From the NCBI GenBank assembly GCA_036676395.1, contig JAKFCY010000002.1:1280001-1344000 (forward strand): 64,000 nt of DNA. The letters run 5' to 3'. Made by a program: the position numbers and the translations under genes. Numbering within the stretch: the first letter of the stretch is position 1; each line of letters begins with the position of its first letter. Origin of the DNA: Bdellovibrio sp. (GTDB lineage Bacteria; Bdellovibrionota; Bdellovibrionia; Bdellovibrionales; Bdellovibrionaceae). The notes under the pieces were generated by a model that saw nothing but the letters and a program-made list of their open reading frames with translations, had not been told where the DNA came from and did no database searches. Below are positions 10,001 to 20,300 of the stretch, piece after piece.

Positions 10001-12137
10001 TGCTAACAGCGATAATGTCGATGGTGTTTCACTTTTATTAGGCGCAAATCGCAGTGGTAATCGACAATTATGGATTGCAGACAGTTCTCAGCTTACGCCA
10101 AACACAAGTAATTCAGTTATTCGTATTAATCCGAATTCAAGAGACATTTCCGCATTTGCTACTGATGGCGTAACTTCAAAAACTTTATCACTGAATGCGA
10201 GTGGTGGATTTGTCGGTGTCGGTAATGTGAGCCCCGTGGCTCCATTAACAGTAGGTAATAGCACTGATCGCCGTGGATATGTTCAGTTGCGCAATGATGG
10301 CGCGAATGGACCAGTGCTGCAATTGTTCAATAATTTATCTGGCGGGCGAACTTATAATATTTATTCTGGATTTAGTGCTTCAGGTACATTCGCTATTGCT
10401 GATCTAACTGCGGGAAACATTTCACGTTTCACGATCACAGCTTCTGGTCATGTAGGTGTTGGCACCGAAACTCCGCAACGAAAATTACATGTTTCAAGTG
10501 CCAGCAGTTCAGATGGGTTGTTGTTAGATAACGGAACTTCTGATTCAAGTAATTTAATTTTTCATGATTCAACACAAGGTGTAAGTGGGGTCACCTGGAA
10601 TTTAGATTCTACTAACGGTGCGTTTAGAATTTTCACTGAGCCGATCTCTTCAGTAGATCCGCTCACAGCCACGAATGGCAGTGAAAGACTCACGATTTTA
10701 CCTTCGGGTAATGTGGGTATAGGTACAACGAATCCTGTTGATAAATTACATGTTTTTGGTGTCAGCACAGTAACGAGTGGAACTGGTAATTTATCAATGA
10801 TTCCCGACTTTGAAGGCGCGGCTTATATTCAATCGTATCAGGGCGTCGGAGTTTTTCGCCCACTTAAAATTGATGGTTTGGGTGTAAGTTTTGATGCTAA
10901 AGGCAGTCGCTTTAGTTTTATATCTGGAGATGTCGGTATCGGTACAAACAGCCCAGCAGCGGCACTGCATTTAGTTACACAAAATACAGCAAGCCCAGCG
11001 GTCGTCATTGATACCGACGCAGATGTTGGTGATCAAGCTTTTAAAATTAGAACATCAGGTGATGGTGGTGCTGGGTTAACAGATGCAGATACAAAATTTA
11101 TAGTCATGGGTAGCGGTAATGTAGGTATCGGCACAAGTGCGCCGATTACTCGTTTAGAAGTCAATGGCACTTTATCAAGTAAAGGTGGCGATCTGATTTT
11201 ACAAAGACCCATTTCTGGCGGCAATTGGGCGCGCGGCGTTCACTATACTCCTGAGGGATCTGTAAATCCTACTTTAGATGCACTTGCTGGATTGGGTATC
11301 TATGGTGCAAGCACTACCGCGCAAAGAATGTATTTAACTTTTGGCGCCTCGCCTTGGAATTCAACAGCTGGAATTCAAATCACTTCAGCCGGAAACGTCG
11401 GGATCGGAACTTCAGCGCCAACTAGTAAATTGGAAGTGCGCGGCGGTAATGCCTTTATCGAAGGTAAAGCTTATATTTATTCAAATTCTGGCTGGGGAGC
11501 CGTTACGCCGTCTGTGACTTTAGCGCTTGGTGATAATGACACCGGATTTAACTGGATTTCAGATGGTGAATTTCAAGTCTATGCCAACAATCAACCGCGC
11601 ATGCATTTTGATTTGAGTGGAAATACGGGTGTCGGAACAACAGATCCTCAATATAGTTTAGATGTGGCCGGAAATTTTCGTGTGGGCGGACAAGCTTATA
11701 CGAATACCGGTGCTGCAACCTTCACAGTTTTATCAGATGTGCGCTACAAAGATGTGCATGGTAATTACGAGCGTGGATTAAGCGACTTGCTAAAAGTCGA
11801 AACTATTCGCTTTAACTATAAAAAAGAAAACCCGCTAGGCTCAGACCCAATTCATGAATATGTTGGCTTATCAGCGCAGAATTTACAGACAGCTATTCCA
11901 GAAGCGGTTGAACAACAAAACAAAAAAGGCGTTGAATTTTTAACGGTAAATACATCGCCCGTGATATATGCAATGATTAATTCAGTAAAAGAACTTTACT
12001 ACAAGATCGTAGGCCACGACCGAGAAATTGCATCACTTAAGGCTAAAAACGAAGAATTAGAATCTAAATTAAAAGAGTTCGACGAACTTAAAGCCTATAT
12101 CTGTAAAAAAGATCCACAGGCTCCGAACTGTAAATAA
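7086..12137 (+). CDS. Large secreted fibre adhesin (Bdellovibrio mosaic adhesive trimer type) with C-terminal S74 intramolecular chaperone
   Basis: Signal peptide; TTYQAKIIKPDG...INAVPYA N-domain; ALGYTP and GNVGIGT..P repeats; SDVRYK...GLSAQ S74 motif and terminal coiled coil. Confidence 0.85.
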   Translation: MRIMALNVLSKWLTLLGIFLFAVSSFAINGRTTYQAKIIKPDGYPLESASVNFRFTVLDQSGSCAMYIEDYAAINMTDTGGLISFPLGTGARAFPTSGTAQTFQNTFDNSITSFACQTMGIYNPNSTDTRKIVMQFNDGGGWQTLPAMSINAVPYAMFATRSDNSRLLNNKADTAFVEYSTIPTCTASQALQYTGANFVCVAAGGSGGVTSGDITTALGYTPADPATLAASYTTQADFTVVSGAVNAMVTSVLNLSTSVGAMTSSQWTSSGTNIFYDTGYIGIGTTDPQYPLHVVKSATGFDAGVAMSFDGYVGSGNPYTGIIVRAARGTTASPTAILNGDGIGIFGIRAYGVTKFADTTTANITALATENFTDTSMGTALRFMTTPNSSTASVERMRINHDGNIGVGVSAPVTKLDVSGGVRISMETATCAASFAGTLRYNSGLVEYCNGASWSAFGVAGAGITLFNGSSSGTQTFVTGITGTNFNITTNNGVHSLNIPLAATGSVTAGLLSNVDYVLFSNKVNATSAAIISALGYTPANNAASGTYAVKSNNLSDLTSATVARTNLGLGSISVLNSVDLSGSQATGTLAAARLPAFSGDATSSVGSAILTLASVGAGVTSGSQYTKVTVDGKGRVTSGAQLSVTDVTTALGYTPASASASTQWVTSGTTINYSTGNVGIGNSSPLSLLSIGSTLGSGYALTANSTSAYGMVVQTSEAVAGNNAAFWVRTSADSGATNRTLLRVQNNGKVGLGVSAPTASLHLTSGSTIATTAPLKFTSGSLMTAPEAGAIEFDGTYFYVTDGANSRKAILTDTGGNYAVSHLTSSGNITFTPNSSVIVSSTTNSTSANTGAFIVKGGMGVGADLNVTGVISGSSIVKASGYRANQGVPNNSDNSTNGYSFGLDGDTGVFSPGNGGANGVVAIYNNNAETMRINPGAVGIGTSSPSAVLQLATATQNIDRIRLTGQEFYQAANSDNVDGVSLLLGANRSGNRQLWIADSSQLTPNTSNSVIRINPNSRDISAFATDGVTSKTLSLNASGGFVGVGNVSPVAPLTVGNSTDRRGYVQLRNDGANGPVLQLFNNLSGGRTYNIYSGFSASGTFAIADLTAGNISRFTITASGHVGVGTETPQRKLHVSSASSSDGLLLDNGTSDSSNLIFHDSTQGVSGVTWNLDSTNGAFRIFTEPISSVDPLTATNGSERLTILPSGNVGIGTTNPVDKLHVFGVSTVTSGTGNLSMIPDFEGAAYIQSYQGVGVFRPLKIDGLGVSFDAKGSRFSFISGDVGIGTNSPAAALHLVTQNTASPAVVIDTDADVGDQAFKIRTSGDGGAGLTDADTKFIVMGSGNVGIGTSAPITRLEVNGTLSSKGGDLILQRPISGGNWARGVHYTPEGSVNPTLDALAGLGIYGASTTAQRMYLTFGASPWNSTAGIQITSAGNVGIGTSAPTSKLEVRGGNAFIEGKAYIYSNSGWGAVTPSVTLALGDNDTGFNWISDGEFQVYANNQPRMHFDLSGNTGVGTTDPQYSLDVAGNFRVGGQAYTNTGAATFTVLSDVRYKDVHGNYERGLSDLLKVETIRFNYKKENPLGSDPIHEYVGLSAQNLQTAIPEAVEQQNKKGVEFLTVNTSPVIYAMINSVKELYYKIVGHDREIASLKAKNEELESKLKEFDELKAYICKKDPQAPNCK

Positions 12138-12262
12138 TTGTTTTGTAAATAAACTTGAAGACGATTTTTTCAAACAAAGTTTAGAGTTTTTCTCTATTAC
12201 CATAGTCTAGAAAGTCGGGTAAACAAATTGCTCTGCAAGCTTCGCTGCCTAGACTTAGTGAA

Positions 12263-12991
12263 ATGAAAACAAAGAACAAAGTTTTAATCGCATTTACATT
12301 TTTATTAACGGGTTGTTTAACTCCTGATCTTTCAAAATCAGGAAATGCGACAACATCATCTGACAATAACACCACAGCAACAACCTCAGGCACACCCACG
12401 GTATCACAACCTCCAGTCGTAACGATTCCGCCAACACCGGTACCGTCAGGTTATATGGACGGTGATGTCATATTTATTCAAAGCCAGTCATCGCAATCAG
12501 CAGCGCTTCGTGAAGCTACAGGCTCTGTGTGGACCCATGTGGGCTTATTGGTAAAACAAAGCTCTGGATGGTTTGTGGCTGAAGCCATTGGCCCGGTGGT
12601 CAGCACCCCAATCAATGATTTTATTGCTCGCAGTAAAGATAAAGCTTACCAGGTTTATCGGTTTCGTCATTTTGATCCGACAACTATGCGAAGTGCGATG
12701 TTGGCGGCCATTCAAAAATACAATAAGCCCTATGATATCTATTTTGAATTTTCGAACACGCGCATTTACTGCAGCGAGCTGACCTATAAAGTGATGTTAG
12801 ATGTTACAGGTGTTGGGTTAGGGCGTGTGCAGAAAATGCGCGATATGAATCTGGAAGGCCCCTATGCAAAAGCTCTTATTCAAAAGCGCTTAACTGATAT
12901 TGGTAAAGAAATTAATCCTGATGAAGATATTATTACACCAGTCAGCCAAATGGTTGATGCGAACGTCACGCTGGTCAAAAGTTCTCTCTAG
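12263..12991 (+). CDS. YiiX/YaeF-like permuted NlpC/P60 amidase, lipoprotein
   Basis: Lipobox LTGC, Thr/Pro linker, DGDVIF, WTHVG (His) and YCSEL (Cys) in permuted order. Confidence 0.85.
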   Translation: MKTKNKVLIAFTFLLTGCLTPDLSKSGNATTSSDNNTTATTSGTPTVSQPPVVTIPPTPVPSGYMDGDVIFIQSQSSQSAALREATGSVWTHVGLLVKQSSGWFVAEAIGPVVSTPINDFIARSKDKAYQVYRFRHFDPTTMRSAMLAAIQKYNKPYDIYFEFSNTRIYCSELTYKVMLDVTGVGLGRVQKMRDMNLEGPYAKALIQKRLTDIGKEINPDEDIITPVSQMVDANVTLVKSSL

Positions 12992-13045
12992 TTTGGGCTT
13001 GGGTTTTGCTTATTTAAGCATTGTTGCATAACACCAAGGGGCTTT

Positions 13046-13219
13046 ATGGAAAAGAATGCTATATCTGAAAAGAAAAAAAATAAAAACCGGGATTATCAGC
13101 CATTAAAACCTGACCCTACCAGTGATCCGGATAATAATGTTGTGGCCTCACGGCCGCCAACCGAAACTGAAATTGGGTCGTCGATCGTACGGCGCAGTGA
13201 AGCCGATGATGAAGATTAA
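13046..13219 (+). CDS. Small hydrophilic hypothetical protein (57 aa, not in ORF track)
   Basis: SD AAGGGG then ATG; MEKNAISEKKKNKNRDYQ...SEADDED; followed directly by a hairpin. Confidence 0.45.
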   Translation: MEKNAISEKKKNKNRDYQPLKPDPTSDPDNNVVASRPPTETEIGSSIVRRSEADDED

Positions 13220-13222
13220 AAA

Positions 13223-13253
13223 AAGGGTTAAACGTTTTTAGCGTTTAACCCTT
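13223..13253. terminator. Intrinsic terminator hairpin between convergent genes
   Basis: AAGGGTTAAACG...CGTTTAACCCTT with an upstream A-run. Confidence 0.7.
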
Positions 13254-13344
13254 AATGTGAATAAATGTGCCAAAAGCACATTCTCTAATTGTACTTAATT
13301 TATCGGTCGCAAATAAAATTTGCTAAACCTTATCGTAACATTTT

Positions 13345-14421
13345 TCAGTTGCGCAAACTGCTGTTTGCAACCACTGGTTTACTATAAAATACACCTGGAA
13401 TAAAGGCATTGATTTCACGAAATAAACGCTCGGCAGCGTTGCTGCAACTCTCGTTGGGTAAACGGTTGAACATGAACGCCGGAATCTTTGTTTCGACATA
13501 TGAAGTGCCATCTTGAGAGTTATTATCACCGTTAAATACATCTTGTTTTACGGTAATCCCAACAATTTCAGCGGTCTGTAGATCGAAACCGAAGTTGTTT
13601 TTTTCACATAAAAATTGTTGAAAGTAAGCGTACGTAACATTAGCAAGTCGTGGCCCGGCGATAGCCCCGTTAATGAATAGATAAGGGTTAAAGGCCATTT
13701 TAGGTGTGCCATTTTTTTGCGTGTAAGTGAACGGAAAAAATTGCAACTGATCAAGTTCATGATCAAAACGTGATGGAAAAAGTAAATCAATGCGCTTAGA
13801 AAAATCGTCAGGCTCAATGAATTCTAGATTTTGGGTAAAAAGATAACCATTTTGCAGGCGGGCTTTAAAGGGTGATTTTTCTAAGCCGGGTTTGCCAATG
13901 GCTTTTTGCGGCTGAATTAAAATATAATTTAGTTCGTGGAAAATGAGAGCCACATGATTTTTTTCATCCATGAGAGCCCAGAATAAATTATCAAATAAAA
14001 CGACATCGTTAGTGCGAGCCGCGACTTGAAAATAAGGGCCAGCAATGATTGATTCTACCGGAATATAAGTTAGACGATAATTGACAAACATCCAGCGCAC
14101 ATTTTCAAACGCCGTCACAAGGGCTTCAGCGTAAACCGGATCAAGTTCTGCAATTTCGGCCAGTTTTTCACAGACCAATTGTAAAGTTTGGTTTGGAATA
14201 CGGCTTTGATAGTTATACACGCGCGACCAGAAGTATTGATAATAAGATTTGTTGATAATTTTTTTAAAGTTAGGTTCTTCAGCAATGCCTTGCTCGGCTA
14301 AATCGAGCACAAAAAACTTATCACCGATCTTAATGGCATTGCCGCCGTTGCCAATGAACACTGGCCCAGCGTGAGTTACTAAAGTAAATGATAAGACTGC
14401 GAATAAAATGAAATTTTTCAT
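13345..14421 (-). CDS. Secreted hypothetical protein with N-terminal GNGG motif and a partial HE metal-binding motif
   Basis: Signal peptide ending THA, GPVFIGNGGN, ALIFHELNY. Confidence 0.6.
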   Translation of the reverse strand: MKNFILFAVLSFTLVTHAGPVFIGNGGNAIKIGDKFFVLDLAEQGIAEEPNFKKIINKSYYQYFWSRVYNYQSRIPNQTLQLVCEKLAEIAELDPVYAEALVTAFENVRWMFVNYRLTYIPVESIIAGPYFQVAARTNDVVLFDNLFWALMDEKNHVALIFHELNYILIQPQKAIGKPGLEKSPFKARLQNGYLFTQNLEFIEPDDFSKRIDLLFPSRFDHELDQLQFFPFTYTQKNGTPKMAFNPYLFINGAIAGPRLANVTYAYFQQFLCEKNNFGFDLQTAEIVGITVKQDVFNGDNNSQDGTSYVETKIPAFMFNRLPNESCSNAAERLFREINAFIPGVFYSKPVVANSSLRN

Positions 14422-14423
14422 AT

Positions 14424-15221
14424 TTATGGCCTTTCTAAGCTGAAAAAATTAACTGCAAGCGAGTAAACTTCGGTCTTTGGCTGTTCGTTATAGTATTTAG
14501 TGCTAAATTCGCTCATGAAATCGCGAATCATTTGTTTGGCGCCAGTCATTTGGTCTTTAGCAAAAGAAATTACTAAATTTTGAAATTCTCTTTCTAAAAT
14601 AGGATGCGTTGATACGCTTTGCGCCGCTTTTTCTGCAATCGATGTATGATATTTTACAATGGCACCCGCCGGGATGTCGTTTAAAGTTTGCACGCTTGAA
14701 GCCGTGGCAGTTAAACGTTCATCTTCATTTTTTAAAATGTTCAGATTGCACAGGTGAGTTACAATTGTTTTTGTTAAATCTTGTGAGATTTTTAAAATAT
14801 CAACTAATTGATTAATGTTTGTTGCACGTTGAGTTGAAACTAATTCGTAAACCGCAATATAGCGCCAGTGATTGATGGTATTTAGCGGATCATTATGAAC
14901 TACGACTGTATTCGTGTACTTCGAAATTTGAGTCATTTTTTCTGCGGCGGCAGCTTTTTTCTTTTTCGCTCTGGCAAAACAGGTGTCAACGCTGGTTAAA
15001 AATTTTTGTTTTTCATGATGAGTTAAAGTCATGTTAGATGCAATTTTGATGGCAAGTTTTTCTGAAAGCCCGCGCTTTCTAGAAAAAATTTGCGATAAAG
15101 TAGAGTGGTCGATATCCAGGTGACGTGCAAAAACTCGTAAAGAGTAGCGTGGATTTTTTTCTTTTTTCTTGTCGAATTCACGTTGCAGTATTTGTAAATA
15201 AACTTCTTGTTGCATAGGCAT
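14424..15221 (-). CDS. TIGR02147/DUF4423-family HTH protein
   Basis: KNPRYSLRVFARHLDIDHSTLSQIFSRKRGLS, W..IAVYEL, YH, REF..L and VYSLAVNFFSL. Confidence 0.85.
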   Translation of the reverse strand: MPMQQEVYLQILQREFDKKKEKNPRYSLRVFARHLDIDHSTLSQIFSRKRGLSEKLAIKIASNMTLTHHEKQKFLTSVDTCFARAKKKKAAAAEKMTQISKYTNTVVVHNDPLNTINHWRYIAVYELVSTQRATNINQLVDILKISQDLTKTIVTHLCNLNILKNEDERLTATASSVQTLNDIPAGAIVKYHTSIAEKAAQSVSTHPILEREFQNLVISFAKDQMTGAKQMIRDFMSEFSTKYYNEQPKTEVYSLAVNFFSLERP

Positions 15222-15367
15222 AAAGACTAACTGTCCTTATGAAGAAACTGCAACATTGTTTCTATGCGTAAACAATTATTTCTAGCATTATCATGCCATT
15301 AAAATAATCATAATGGTTGCTGTTTGTATCTTTGGTAACCGCGTAACTAATTAATTTTATTAACGCT

Positions 15368-16810
15368 TTAACAGGTCTTTGCCAACGATCCCACTTCGAT
15401 AAGGGCTTTTTCAATTTCTGAACTCCAGCAAACGCCGGCATTTATTCTTAAACAGTTCATATATTTACCCGTTGTCGAAAAAGCGCAGCCCGGTACGACG
15501 CTGATATTTTTTTTCAAAGCTTTTTCAAAAAGTTCTAAAGTGTTGGTGTCTGCAGAAAACTCGATCCAAATCAGGCAACCACCTTTAGGGTGAGTGATTT
15601 TAATACCTTGGGGAAAATGTTTTTGAATCGTTTCAGTGATGAGCACGAAATTATTTTCAATAGTTTGTCTGAGCTTGCGTAAATGCCGTTCATAGCTGTG
15701 ATTTGCTAAATGATCGGCGATCGCCATCTGTAGCGCGGCATTGGTGCTTGAAGTGTTCGTTGATTTATACAGTAAGAGTCTCTCTTTTTCGCTTTCTGGC
15801 GGAATCACCCAGCCAATGCGATAACCCGCAGATAAAGTTTTTGAAAAAGACGAACACAAATAATTTTTATCTTGTTTATCAAAAGATTTTAAAGTGATCG
15901 GCCGGGTAGGCGTGAAATACAATTCACCATAAATATCATCTTCGATGATCGTGATATTATAGCGATAACAAAGTTGAACAAAACGTTCTTTATTTTCATC
16001 GCTCATCAGGCTTCCGATGGGATTTAAAAAATTCGGCGTAACAAGCGCTGCTTTGATTTTAAATTTAGAAGCTTTTTCTTCAAAGGCTTCTAAATCAATG
16101 CCCTGATCTGATCTGGCCGGTAATTCTAAAAGTTTTAAACCCTGATCTTCGATTAATCTTAAGATGCCGTGAAAGGTTGGGCTTTCTACAGCAACGATAT
16201 CGCCGGGGCTTGCGCAAGATTTTAAAGCCAGATTTAAGGCTTCGGTGCAGCCATTGGTGATGACGACATTTTCAGTGTTAGTTACAAATCCTGCATCAAA
16301 GGTTCGTTTTGCGATTTCTTTTTGTAATTCAGGAAATCCCGCCAAGGGAGGGTAGCGCATCGCTTTTTCTGGATTTTGCCGCATTACTTTTAATAATGAT
16401 TTTTGCAAACTGGCCATGGGTAGCAGAGACGTATGAATGACAGCTCCGCCTAACGGAATTAATTTTTCATTACTGCAGGCATTGACGATATCTAGATTTC
16501 TTGAACTGTCTTTGACAAATCGTGGGCTAGGTAAAGCTTTTGATTTAAAAGCCGGCGTAGAAATAGTTGCCAATTTTTTAACAAAATATCCAGATTGCGG
16601 TTTTGCTTCGATGTGGCCTTGGGCTTCAAGTAGGGCATAGGCTTGATTTACCGTCGAGATACTGACATTAAGTTTTTTGCTCATAACACGCACTGAAGGT
16701 ATTCGACTGCCGTTCAGCAAAGTGCCGTTGCCAATCCAGTCTTTGATTAGCCCTTCGACTTGATTATAAAGTGAGACATCGCTGTTACGTAATATAGGTG
16801 ATCTGGCCAT
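15368..16810 (-). CDS. MocR/GntR-family PLP-dependent transcriptional regulator
   Basis: GntR wHTH (IPSVR...VSISTV..AY..LE..G.IEAKPQSGYFV) plus aminotransferase domain (EDDIYG, SFSKTL). Confidence 0.92.
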   Translation of the reverse strand: MARSPILRNSDVSLYNQVEGLIKDWIGNGTLLNGSRIPSVRVMSKKLNVSISTVNQAYALLEAQGHIEAKPQSGYFVKKLATISTPAFKSKALPSPRFVKDSSRNLDIVNACSNEKLIPLGGAVIHTSLLPMASLQKSLLKVMRQNPEKAMRYPPLAGFPELQKEIAKRTFDAGFVTNTENVVITNGCTEALNLALKSCASPGDIVAVESPTFHGILRLIEDQGLKLLELPARSDQGIDLEAFEEKASKFKIKAALVTPNFLNPIGSLMSDENKERFVQLCYRYNITIIEDDIYGELYFTPTRPITLKSFDKQDKNYLCSSFSKTLSAGYRIGWVIPPESEKERLLLYKSTNTSSTNAALQMAIADHLANHSYERHLRKLRQTIENNFVLITETIQKHFPQGIKITHPKGGCLIWIEFSADTNTLELFEKALKKNISVVPGCAFSTTGKYMNCLRINAGVCWSSEIEKALIEVGSLAKTC

Positions 16811-16822
16811 AAACCCTCTTTT

Positions 16823-16861
16823 AACTGTACTGGTTACAATTCAACTTAGGTGCATCTGTAC
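16823..16861. promoter_or_regulatory. Probable MocR operator (CTGTAC repeats)
   Basis: AACTGTAC (16823) and ATCTGTAC (16854) direct repeats with an inverted-like GTTACAATT between them, in the divergent spacer. Confidence 0.5.
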
Positions 16862-16890
16862 TCATTACTGAATTAGCTTATACTAAAGCT

Positions 16891-17169
16891 ATGGAACACT
16901 CTACTAAAAATCAAATTTATCTTAAAAAGGGCGAAACCCTAGAAATCACTGCAAAATCAGTCATCACCGTTGGTAGTGGTATGGTGTGGGTCACGTGTGC
17001 CGGTGACGAAAATGACTATGTTTTAAAAGCGGGTGAGCAGTTAAAGTTAAGTGGTTCTAAGCCTGTGATCGAAGCGATACACTCAAGTTATCTAACTATT
17101 CACGAGCAACCTTCAAAGTTTAAACTGTTTGGTTTAATCCTTTCATGGAATGCTGACGTCTTTGGATAG
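16891..17169 (+). CDS. DUF2917-like small cupin-fold protein
   Basis: SG.VWVT..GD.NDYVL.AGE.L pattern; divergent from the MocR gene. Confidence 0.75.
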   Translation: MEHSTKNQIYLKKGETLEITAKSVITVGSGMVWVTCAGDENDYVLKAGEQLKLSGSKPVIEAIHSSYLTIHEQPSKFKLFGLILSWNADVFG

Positions 17170-17294
17170 TGTTTCGAAATGAGAAATTTAATCAATGAAG
17201 TGTTGAATTGATACAGCTTTGTTAATTAGCGTTAACAGCGTGCACGACTAAGGTGAAATTACATAACTATATCAAGCAATGTGCCTGAAATTGA

Positions 17295-17321
17295 TCAATA
17301 TTCTGACGAATTTGCCGATAG
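17295..17321 (+). promoter_or_regulatory. Putative FliA (sigma28) promoter of fibre gene 2
   Basis: TCAA-N15-GCCGATAG, ending 7 nt before the GTG start. Confidence 0.65.
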
Positions 17322-17328
17322 GTAATAC

Positions 17329-20300
17329 GTGGTGCACGTGAATTACCTAATTGTAAAATTGCTATCTGCTTTTTTCGCTATTTTTATAGCGTGCAGTGCG
17401 TTTGCAGGGCCAGGCGTTACCACGTATCAAGCTAAAATTATAAAACCTGATGGCTTGCCGCTTGAGGCAAATAGTGTAAATTTTAAATTCACAATTTTAA
17501 ATCCTATCGGAACTTGTATTTTATATTCTGAAACATATTCATCGATCAATATGACATCAACTGGCGGGCTGATTGCTTTTCCGTTAGGTTCGGGTGTTAA
17601 AGTTTATCCAGTATCTGCAACAACGTTTGCCGAAGTTTTTAGTAACGTAACACCAAATTTAAGCTGTGATGCCGGAGGGCCAGGCACTTATACTCCAGCA
17701 GCCACAGACACACGTAAAGTCGTCATGCAATTTCATGATGGTAGCGGCTGGCAAACACTTCCGGCGATGAGCATCAATGCTGTGCCGTACGCGATGTATG
17801 CCAACGAAGCACAAAAAATTTCGGGGCTTCCAACCTGTAATCCTGGCGAAGCTTTATCTTACAACGGTGTAACTTTTTCTTGTGAAGCGATCAGCGGCGG
17901 CGGAGCAGTAACTTCATCAACCGTGACTGCTGCGTTAGGTTATACGCCGGCAAGCAGCGCTACCGTTGATTCACTTGTTTCAAGTGTCGCCAGCGAGAGT
18001 GCCAATATTTCTTCGGTTTCTGCTACAGTTTATTCAGTTTCAACGACTGTCACAAGTTTGCAAAATTCAGTGACGGCAAGCTTTGCGGCGATGGCCTCAT
18101 CTCAATGGGTATCACTTAATGGATTAACTTCTGTTTCACAAACAATTGCTTTTGGAACAACAGGCACTGCGCCAAATGTTTCTTCAGTCGGCTCAGTGCA
18201 CACTTTTAATTTTCCTTTTGCTTCGGCCGGAACAACCACCGCGGGCTTGATTTCAAATTCAGATTACACAGCTTTTTGGAATAAATTAGAAGCCACTGGT
18301 TCTGCAATTATTTCTGCTTTAGGTTATACTCCAGCAGATGCTGCGAGTTTCACGACATTAAGTTCTAATGTCGCTACTGTGTCTGCCGCAGTTTCAAGTT
18401 TATCAGCATCAACTGCAGCTTCTTTTTCGGCAATAACAAATTCTCAATGGCTAACAAGCGGCACGGCGATTTCTTATTCGACAGGTAATGTCGGTGTGGG
18501 AACCTCGGCGCCAGTTGAAAAACTTCATGTAAATGGTTCAGCAGTACTGGGTTCAATTCCAAACTATACAAATGGCGGTTCAGGTTTGTACCTTGCTAAT
18601 GAAGCTGGCGATGCTTTTAACTTTTTTAGAATTGATGGATATGCAAATGATTTAGCAATAATTGCATCTAGTTTGGCTGGTGCTGCGAGCGGAACTTCCA
18701 TTTCTTTTAGAACAGCAGCAGCCGGCCAGGGAGCTAATGGTAGCACAAAAATGACCATCGACTCTGCAGGCAATGTCGGTATTGGTACACTGTCACCAGT
18801 GACAAAATTAGTAGTCTCTGGCGGAGTAAAAATCAGCATGGAGTCAGCAACTTGTTCTGTAAGTTTTGCCGGAACTTTACGTTATAATTCAGGATTAGTC
18901 GAATACTGTAACGGAACAACATGGTCAGCTTTCGGTGTAGCTGGTGCTGGTATTTCTTTATTAAATGGTTCTTCGTCGGCGACGCAAATTTTTGCAACAG
19001 GAATTGCCGGTACTGATTTTAATATTTCATCTGCTAACGGCACACACACGTTTAATGTACCACTCGCGGCGACAGCCAGCGTGACAGCTGGTTTATTATC
19101 AAATGCAGACTATTTAGCTTTTACAAATAAAGTAAGTTCAACAAGTGCTGCTATTATTGCAGCACTTGGTTATGAGCCAGCGTTGAATTCAGCTTCTGGA
19201 ACCTATGCGCAAAAAGCAAATAATTTATCAGATTTAACTTCGGTCGCGGCAGCGCGCACTAATTTAGGTCTTGGTGGTTTTGCAACGGTATCAAGTTTAG
19301 ATTTAGGTTCTGCAAGTGCAACCGGAATACTAGCTGAAGCCCGTTTGCCAAGTTTTGCAAACATCACCAGCGGCACTGAATACACTAAAGTAACTGTTGA
19401 TGGCAAAGGCCGTGTAACCAGTGGTGCACAGTTAACATCAAGTGATGTAACTACGGCCTTAGGTTATTCTCCGGCATCAGCAAGTGCTTCATCACAGTGG
19501 ACAACCAGTGGAACAACTATTTTTTATAACACAGGTAATGTTGGAATTGGCGTATCAAATCCGTCATCGTTATTAACTTTAGCGAACAGCGGGGTAACGA
19601 CAACATTTCGCATGAGCGGAAATGTTTCAAACTCTGTTTCTACAAGATTTCAAATGGCCAATGACGTCAATCATTTAGCGCAATTAGCCCACGTTGGATC
19701 AACAGCCGCAAATGCCAATCTTATTGGTATTGCAAATACAGTAAATTTAGCAACAAGCGGTGATGCGATTATTCTTGCTGCTTATAATGCTTCGGGAACA
19801 ATTAGGTTTGGTACTGGTGGATTTGCGAATAGTAATGAAAGAATGCGTATTGATCAAAATGGTAATGTCGGTATCGGCACAATTGCGCCAACTGCAGTTT
19901 TGCAAATTAAAGCGGGCACATCATTAACAGCGCAACTTAAATTAGATCCGAGTGTATTATTAACTGCACCACAATCTGGGGCTGTTGAATATGATGGTAC
20001 AAATTTATATTTCACCGATAGCACAAATGCTCGTCGTACGATTGCCGCTACTTCAGCGGCAGGCAGCTATGATAACGTAAGTTTGATTTCAAATCCGAGC
20101 GGTAACATTGCTGTATATCCCAATGCTGGTGCAGGCAGCGTGATTGTCAGTGCAACAACAGCTTCAACAAACGCACAAACTGGCGCGTTAATTGTAAAAG
20201 GCGGTGTTGGTGTTTCTGGTGATTTATATACAAGTGGTACAATTAATTCATCATCAACTATTCAAGGTGTGACTGTTGTTGCAACAGAAGGAATTTTTTC

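Noticed and set aside
15283..15298. sigma54-like TGGCATGATAATGC upstream of the TIGR02147 gene
   Set aside because: GG-GC spacing is 9 rather than the required 10.
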